NCBI GenBank assembly: GCA_964368095.1 | Contig: CAYIZT010000001.1 | Location: 1-62,776, forward strand | Direction of reading: 5' to 3' | Source of the DNA: an uncultured Methanosarcinales archaeon | GTDB taxonomy: Archaea; Nanobdellota; Nanobdellia; Woesearchaeales; GW2011-AR9 | Length of the DNA stretch: 62,776 nucleotides | Shown here: positions 57,293-62,776 of the stretch, one piece after another | Layout of the letters: each line of letters begins with the position of its first letter | How positions within the stretch are numbered: position 1 is the stretch's first letter | Notes under the pieces: model-generated | Database searches by the model: none | What the model was told of the DNA's origin: nothing | Seen by the model: the letters and a program-made list of their open reading frames with translations, nothing else | Program-made: the position numbers and the translations under genes

Positions 57293-57506
57293 CTCATTAT
57301 CAATAGAAAATAGATATTCACTATCATCAATCATCACCAGATTACAAGTAAATTAGGATGAGTTAATAGTGTTCTATTTTCTATAAAAATCAAAATAATC
57401 AGTTAGGGGGAGTTTGACTATCACTATCAACAATCATATGTACGGTACCTTTCCGGGCACTATACGTACGTAAGTCAGCTCTTTCTAATATAACGGAGGA
57501 AATAAA

Positions 57507-58859
57507 ATGGCAAAAATAAGCCCAGTAGCGGCTAAATATATCATACATTCAACTATTTTCATTGACGGAGTTGTTGATAAACCGGACGTCATCGGGGCAA
57601 TTTTCGGGCAGACCGAAGGATTGTTAGGCAACGACTTAGAATTGCGTGAACTGCAAAGAAGCGGTAAAATTGGGCGTATCGAAGTAAATGTAAATATCAG
57701 TGCCGGTAAGACTAAGGGAGAAATAATCATCCCCAGTTCTTTGGACAAGACTGAGACCGCAATCATCGCCGCAGCGATGGAAATCATCCAGCGCATCGGT
57801 CCCTGTAATGCCAAGATTGAAGTACAAAAAATTGAAGATATTAGGATCAGTAAAAGACAGTTTGTAATTGAACGTGCTAAAGTTTTATTGAAAGAGCTTA
57901 CTCAGGAAACTTTGCCGGATTCGCAGGAATTATCGGATGAAGTAGCACAATCCGTACGTATGATGGAAGTGCTTGAATATGGTAAAGATAAACTTCCTGC
58001 CGGACCGGACATAGATTCAAGTGATGAGATCATAGTAGTAGAAGGCCGGGCTGACGTCCTGGTCTTGCTAAAGCATGGATTCAAGAACGCAATTTCCATG
58101 AACGGGACTTCTTGTCCGCAGACAATCAAGGATCTTAGCAAAGTCAAGTCTATCACTGTATTCGTCGACGGCGACCGTGGCGGAGATTTAATCATACGTG
58201 AGCTCTTAGGAGTAGCTGACGTTGATTTCGTAACTAGAGCGCCTGACGGCAAAGAAGTTGAAGAACTTGCTAAAAAAGAGATCCATCAGGCTATCCGAGG
58301 CAGGATCACCGCTGAACAAGCTAAACTTGATCTTGGAGTCAATAGCGATGGTACACTTAAAGAGCAATCAGATCGCATGGTCGAGCGAAAATCATTCTCT
58401 ACCAATAGAGATAACGGCCGAGAGCAGAATGGCTACCGGCGCGAATCTCGGACAGATTCCAGAGATATGCGCAGCGATCGAGATGTCCGGAATGATCCTA
58501 GAAGCAGCAGGTATCCTTCCAGAACAGCAGCACCTCCTCAAGCTCCAGTCTCAAGAGAAAAGCGCTTGACTCCGGCGGAAAAGAAGATTTTCAAAGAAAC
58601 CTTAGAAGCTCTTTTTGGGACTAAAGGAGCCTGTATCTTCGACCAGAAGCTGAACATCTTGGGTAAAGTTCCTTTGAGTGAACTTAGTTCAACCGTCAAG
58701 AGTTTGAACGGCGGAATTTACGCCATCGCTCTAGATGGAGAAGTTGATACTGAACTGGTCAATCTTGCTGAAAGATATGGTATAAATCATATCGTAGGAA
58801 CAACTTCCAAAGCAGCTGAAACACAAAAAGTAAGTGTGTTGGTTGAAGCGGAACTGTAA
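57507..58859 (+). CDS. dnaG: Archaeal-type DnaG primase (Toprim)
   Basis: N-terminal KYIIHSTIFIDGVVDKPDVIGAIFGQTEGLLG, Toprim motifs VVEGRADV and VDGDRGGDLI, and an Arg/Ser/Asp-rich linker before the C-terminal domain. Confidence 0.9.
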   Translation: MAKISPVAAKYIIHSTIFIDGVVDKPDVIGAIFGQTEGLLGNDLELRELQRSGKIGRIEVNVNISAGKTKGEIIIPSSLDKTETAIIAAAMEIIQRIGPCNAKIEVQKIEDIRISKRQFVIERAKVLLKELTQETLPDSQELSDEVAQSVRMMEVLEYGKDKLPAGPDIDSSDEIIVVEGRADVLVLLKHGFKNAISMNGTSCPQTIKDLSKVKSITVFVDGDRGGDLIIRELLGVADVDFVTRAPDGKEVEELAKKEIHQAIRGRITAEQAKLDLGVNSDGTLKEQSDRMVERKSFSTNRDNGREQNGYRRESRTDSRDMRSDRDVRNDPRSSRYPSRTAAPPQAPVSREKRLTPAEKKIFKETLEALFGTKGACIFDQKLNILGKVPLSELSSTVKSLNGGIYAIALDGEVDTELVNLAERYGINHIVGTTSKAAETQKVSVLVEAEL

Positions 58860-58875
58860 GATTAGTGGAACAAAC

Positions 58876-59643
58876 ATGAATGCACTACAATTAGCATTGA
58901 AGCCAGGACAAGAATTGTTTGAAGGAGAGTATCGTACTAAAATGGCTGAATTGCGTCAAGCAGGATACACTCCTTGGAGTACAGAAGATTGGATGGATGC
59001 CCGTAATGGTGTTGATTCTGATAATCCTTTATGGAACAATTATGGCGATACTGATTTCGGCATTGCCGGAAGCAAACAGAAAATCTATCTGATGCCTCAT
59101 TCTGAGAGATTACGAGCAGTTACGCCACAAACAAGATTAATCAAAGGCGGTCTTTCATTTACTCAAGATGGAGCAGTATCGACATACAATCGGGGCGATC
59201 TTATTCTCGGCAGAGATTTGACTGAAGAGCAGGCAAGAACAAGTCCGGTTTGGCTGGATTTCGCGGCCGGCGATCAGAAGCAATTAGACAGGTATGTTGA
59301 AAAAACATTCCGTTTTGGAAAAGACAAGTTTAACTATGATACTATGATGGGCATTTTTGTGCCTGAGGATGAAGTTGAACGGGCGGTATTGCTCTATAGA
59401 CTTAACTATAGTTCTCGTGCCTATGGCAGCTACCATCTTGGCAACAACACCCGTTTCGTTGGGGTACGTCGTGGGAGCGAAGCGACCAAGGTGCCCGCAG
59501 GGCGCGACGCGCAAACAGTAAGTCCTTATCGGAAAGATCCACGCTCTGATCTAGAAATTTTTCTGAGTGAACATAGTCTATCCAAAAATGAGTTATACAA
59601 AGCGGTAGAACTATATAAAACCGTGAAAGAACTAAAAGTTTAA
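58876..59643 (+). CDS. DGR target (variable) protein, likely C-type-lectin/FGE-like fold
   Basis: Contains the VR at 59380-59466 in frame. The VR-encoded segment ends in NNTRFVGVRR, resembling the N-x-G-F-R-V-x-R ending of CLec-fold DGR variable regions. The track ORF starts at a GTG at 58834; the first ATG is at 58876. Confidence 0.8.
   Translation: MNALQLALKPGQELFEGEYRTKMAELRQAGYTPWSTEDWMDARNGVDSDNPLWNNYGDTDFGIAGSKQKIYLMPHSERLRAVTPQTRLIKGGLSFTQDGAVSTYNRGDLILGRDLTEEQARTSPVWLDFAAGDQKQLDRYVEKTFRFGKDKFNYDTMMGIFVPEDEVERAVLLYRLNYSSRAYGSYHLGNNTRFVGVRRGSEATKVPAGRDAQTVSPYRKDPRSDLEIFLSEHSLSKNELYKAVELYKTVKELKV
59380..59466 (+). repeat. DGR variable repeat (VR)
   Basis: Matches 59843-59929 over 87 nt with 12 mismatches. 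At 11 of them the TR has A and the VR has T or G. Confidence 0.85.
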
Positions 59644-59842
59644 GAACTTCTTCTTTTTCTCTTGTTTTGTCCAATACGGCGCTATCAAAGCGCTCAGCTC
59701 GGACTACATGCTCTTGTGCTAGGGCTTAAGGCGACTTAGCTATGGAAATTTCAGCATAGACATGTTCTATCGCTGATAAGACAGCTGCGACTACCAGAAG
59801 GATGAAGCAGCAGTGCGGTAATGGTATAAGGGCTACAGACGG

Positions 59843-59929
59843 CGGGCGGTATTGCTCAATAGACTTAACAATAGGTCTCAAGCCAATGGCAACAACCATC
59901 TTAACAACAACACCCGTTTCGTTGGAATA
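59843..59929 (+). repeat. DGR template repeat (TR)
   Basis: An intergenic copy rich in AAY triplets (it would read NRLNNRSQANGNNHLNNNTRFVG), located 27 nt upstream of the RT start codon. Confidence 0.85.
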
Positions 59930-59955
59930 GCCTGGGCTGGTATTGGTATTGTAAA

Positions 59956-61098
59956 ATGGGGAACTTTTCTTCTCAAGATACTTATTCTCTTTATGATCAA
60001 GTTTGTTCTCTTCAAAATCTTCAAGCAGCGTTCAGCAAGGCGCGTAAAGGAAAAACAAAGAGGTCCGACGTTCTAGAATTTGAATCTAACTTGAAGAACA
60101 ATTTACTGCAGCTGCGTGCTGACTTGCTCTTGCATTCGTACCGCCCACAGCCGCTGACTACGTTCATCATTCGCGACCCAAAGACCAGAAAAATTAACAA
60201 ATCAGCATTTCGTGATAGAATAGTACATCATGCTCTCTGCAATATTCTTGAGCCCATCTATGAAAAGATATTCATTTACGATAGTTATGCCAATCGCAAA
60301 GGCAAAGGAACTCTCAAAGCACTGGAACGATTCGATTATTTCAAAAAAGAAGTTGCGATTCCCTATAAAGGCTATATTACTGGCTATTGTTTTAAAGCTG
60401 ATGTCAAACATTATTTTGAGACTGTTGATCATGATATCCTGCTTAATATCATCCAACGCAGGATTAAAGACAAAAGTATTCTATTCTTACTCAAGAATAT
60501 TCTCTCAAATTACAGCAATAGCGGGCAGGGAAAAGGCATGCCTCTCGGCAATCTTACCTCACAATTTCTCGCCAATGTCTATCTGAATGAGTTGGATCAA
60601 TTTGCGAAGCATACTCTTAAAGTGAAACTCTATATCCGCTATGTTGATGATTTTGTAATCTTACATAAAAAGAAAGAGGTCTTAGAATTCTACAAACGGG
60701 AAATTGATTCATTTTTACAGCAGAAGCTTAGGTTAGAGCTTCATCCTCTAAAATCCAAAATAATTCCCTTACGTAAAGGAATTACCTTTCTCGGCTTTCG
60801 TGTTTTCTATTATCATAAATTACTTCGAGAATCTAATTGGCAAGCGGCTAAAAGAAAAATAGTTTCTTTAAAGAATGACTTTGACAAAGGAGTGATTGAT
60901 TATGATGTCGTGTTCGATAGCATGATGGGCTGGTTTGCCTACGCCAAACAGGCGAATACTTTTAGAATTAGGGAAATCATTGGCAGAAAATTAGAAGAAT
61001 CTTTTCCTAACCAGCTATCAAGTATTGAATTAAGAAAAATAATAAAAATTTCCGTTAAACTGCCGAGACTAAATAATCCCTCTGCCTTTAAAGCGTAA
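59956..61098 (+). CDS. DGR-type reverse transcriptase
   Basis: 380 aa. RT motifs are IRDPKTRKI, FKADVKHYFETVDH, GMPLGNLTSQFLANVYL (the DGR-typical I/LGxxxSQ) and RYVDDFV. No maturase X, endonuclease domain or intron RNA domains are seen. Confidence 0.9.
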   Translation: MGNFSSQDTYSLYDQVCSLQNLQAAFSKARKGKTKRSDVLEFESNLKNNLLQLRADLLLHSYRPQPLTTFIIRDPKTRKINKSAFRDRIVHHALCNILEPIYEKIFIYDSYANRKGKGTLKALERFDYFKKEVAIPYKGYITGYCFKADVKHYFETVDHDILLNIIQRRIKDKSILFLLKNILSNYSNSGQGKGMPLGNLTSQFLANVYLNELDQFAKHTLKVKLYIRYVDDFVILHKKKEVLEFYKREIDSFLQQKLRLELHPLKSKIIPLRKGITFLGFRVFYYHKLLRESNWQAAKRKIVSLKNDFDKGVIDYDVVFDSMMGWFAYAKQANTFRIREIIGRKLEESFPNQLSSIELRKIIKISVKLPRLNNPSAFKA

Positions 61099-61147
61099 TC
61101 AATCTCCCACCACAACCTTTTTATCTTCCTTTCTCTTTTATTCTATA

Positions 61148-62494
61148 ATGGTGTTTGATGTCATAATCGGCCGTTCCAAGAAAGATGTAGAGAAATACGG
61201 CAAGCAGGGAACAGCTTTTATTGGAAAACAATACGTCCAGATGGGACAGACCACTTCTTTATCGAATCTGGTCTATCTAGATATCGCCAGCGCGCATGTC
61301 GCGTTTATCGTCGGTAAGCGTGGCTCGGGAAAATCCTACTCCCTTGGCATGATTGCTGAAGGTTTGTCCGATCTGCCTTTGGAAGTTAAACAAAACCTTT
61401 CTATCGTCTTGCTTGATACCATGGGAATTTACTGGACCATGAAATATCCTAATTTTCAGGAAGCGGAACTGCTTCGTGATTGGAAGATAGATTCACGAGG
61501 ATTGGATGTCAAAATTTATACTCCTACCGGATTCTTCTATGGATACAAAAATGAAGGGATCCCTACTGATTTTCCTTTCTCAATCCGGCCGTTAGATGTC
61601 GGCCCTCACGACTGGTGCACTGCATTTAATCTTGATCCTAACTCAGCAGAAGGAGTGCTTATCACCAAGATAGTGCAGGATTTAAATCAAAAGAAAGAAA
61701 GCTATGATCTGGATTATCTCATAGAACTAGTAAAGAAAGATGCAGAAAGCGATCGGGTAGTAAAAAGTGTTGTTATCAATCAATTCGAGAAAGCCAAAGG
61801 CTGGGAAATTTTTTCCAAAGAGGGGACGCCTTTGAAAGATATCATCGCCCCTGGGCAAGTAACAGTATTAGATGTCAGTCCGTATGCAACCATGGCTTCA
61901 GGGTGGGAAATCAAGGCTTTAGTAGTAGGTTTGATCTGCCGAAACTTATTCAATCAGCGTATGCTGGCCAGAAAGACGGAAGAATTCAAAAGTGTTGACG
62001 CGGCCATGCATTATTTCACAAAAAGAGTAGAAGAGAAGATGGAAGAGCCGTTAGTATGGATAGCGCTCGATGAAGCGCATGAATTGCTTCCTAAAGAAGG
62101 TAAGACTGCTGCCACGGAAGCGTTGATCACTATCTTGCGTGAAGGGCGCCAGCCGGGAATCTCTTTGATATTAGCTTCACAGCAGCCGGGAAAGATCCAT
62201 ACTGATGTGATGACCCAGTCTGACATAGTCATCGCTCATCGTCTTACTGCCAGATTAGATGTAGAAGCATTAGCACAATTGACCCAAAGCTATATGCGCC
62301 AGGGATTGGAACAGGAAATAGATCATCTGCCTCGGGTAAAAGGATCGGCAGTTATTTTTGATGACGCCAATGAGCGGATTTTTCCGGTGCAATTGCGTCC
62401 AAGATTTACTTGGCACGGCGGCGGAAGTCCGATAGCAATTTCTGAGAAAAAAGAATATTTCTCTAAAAGTTTGGAAGAGCTCAAAAAATTGTGA
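61148..62494 (+). CDS. HerA/DUF87-like P-loop ATPase
   Basis: Walker A GKRGSGKS, Walker B WIALDEAHELLP and an N-terminal barrel-like segment; 448 aa. Confidence 0.7.
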   Translation: MVFDVIIGRSKKDVEKYGKQGTAFIGKQYVQMGQTTSLSNLVYLDIASAHVAFIVGKRGSGKSYSLGMIAEGLSDLPLEVKQNLSIVLLDTMGIYWTMKYPNFQEAELLRDWKIDSRGLDVKIYTPTGFFYGYKNEGIPTDFPFSIRPLDVGPHDWCTAFNLDPNSAEGVLITKIVQDLNQKKESYDLDYLIELVKKDAESDRVVKSVVINQFEKAKGWEIFSKEGTPLKDIIAPGQVTVLDVSPYATMASGWEIKALVVGLICRNLFNQRMLARKTEEFKSVDAAMHYFTKRVEEKMEEPLVWIALDEAHELLPKEGKTAATEALITILREGRQPGISLILASQQPGKIHTDVMTQSDIVIAHRLTARLDVEALAQLTQSYMRQGLEQEIDHLPRVKGSAVIFDDANERIFPVQLRPRFTWHGGGSPIAISEKKEYFSKSLEELKKL

Positions 62495-62729
62495 TATAGT
62501 TTTATATTATCTCCTGCTCCTATTCATAACTTCTTATGGTTGCGCAAGAGGTAATCCAACATTCCAACTACTTTTTCATCAAGATGTCTGGCATCAATAG
62601 AAACTATAAGATCGTCTCGGGATAATACCATAACCCTATCGCTATGCAAATCGCAGTCTTTGTCTTCGATGAATAGATATTCCCCATTCTCCGCAGGTTT
62701 TGTAAAATAACAATATTTTCTCTTTAACT

Positions 62730-62757
62730 AGGCAATTCCCCACAGCTTGCTGTGGGG
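62730..62757. repeat. Copy of the hairpin repeat AGGCAAT(T/A)CCCCACAGCTTGCTGTG
   Basis: 62730-62754 matches 32716-32740 with 1 mismatch. Here the hairpin extends to CCCCACAGC-TT-GCTGTGGGG (62738-62757). Confidence 0.8.
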
Positions 62758-62776
62758 TAAAACACTTATAGCCCAC

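Noticed and set aside
59852-60076. 74-aa ORF encoding an Asn-rich peptide upstream of, and overlapping, the RT start
   Set aside because: It is the DGR template repeat read as protein. Its AAY-rich content is the TR design, not a gene.
59956-61098. RT as a group II intron maturase or a retron RT
   Set aside because: No intron RNA domains, maturase X or endonuclease regions are seen. Motif 4 reads GxxxSQ rather than the group II form, and an A-biased TR/VR pair sits next to it.
1-62776. CRISPR arrays, rRNA genes, integrase or transposase genes
   Set aside because: I saw no regularly spaced direct repeats, no rRNA-like segments, and no ORF with integrase or transposase motifs anywhere in the window.

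Overview
This is an AT-rich, gene-dense segment that reads as an archaeal, DPANN-like small-genome chromosome. Archaeal markers are topoisomerase VI A and B, archaeal-type DnaG primase, Hef helicase/nuclease, a RIO kinase + KH-protein pair, archaeal-type TrpRS and AspRS, and ScpB. Other housekeeping genes are gyrase A, glutamate dehydrogenase, cyclophilin, a DEAD-box helicase and a circularly permuted GTPase. There are four tRNA genes (Trp, Cys, Arg and one partial at the window edge); Cys, Arg and the partial one carry insertions at non-canonical positions.

The stand-out feature is a compact diversity-generating retroelement (DGR) at 58.9-61.1 kb. It consists of a target gene with a variable repeat (VR 59380-59466), an 87-nt template repeat (TR 59843-59929) and a reverse transcriptase with DGR-type motifs. 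By my hand alignment, 11 of the 12 VR/TR mismatches sit at TR adenines. No Avd-like gene is visible. A divergent paralogue of the target, with a VR-like C-terminus but no matching TR, lies at 41.8-42.4 kb.

Other notable structure:
- Two neighbouring insertion-scar geometries: a relic TrpRS C-terminus 5 kb from trpS, and a duplicated tRNA-Trp 3' half bracketing a racemase + degenerate TyrRS-like cassette.
- A tRNA-Cys gene inside three nested inverted repeats.
- A hairpin repeat family showing stem covariation.
- A methyltransferase gene flanked by inverted repeats.
- A bacterial-type signal peptidase II with lipobox proteins.
- A GNAT-toxin-like three-gene cassette.
- An unknown ORF wedged between top6B and top6A.

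All calls rest on reading the translations and the sequence by eye. No database search was run.
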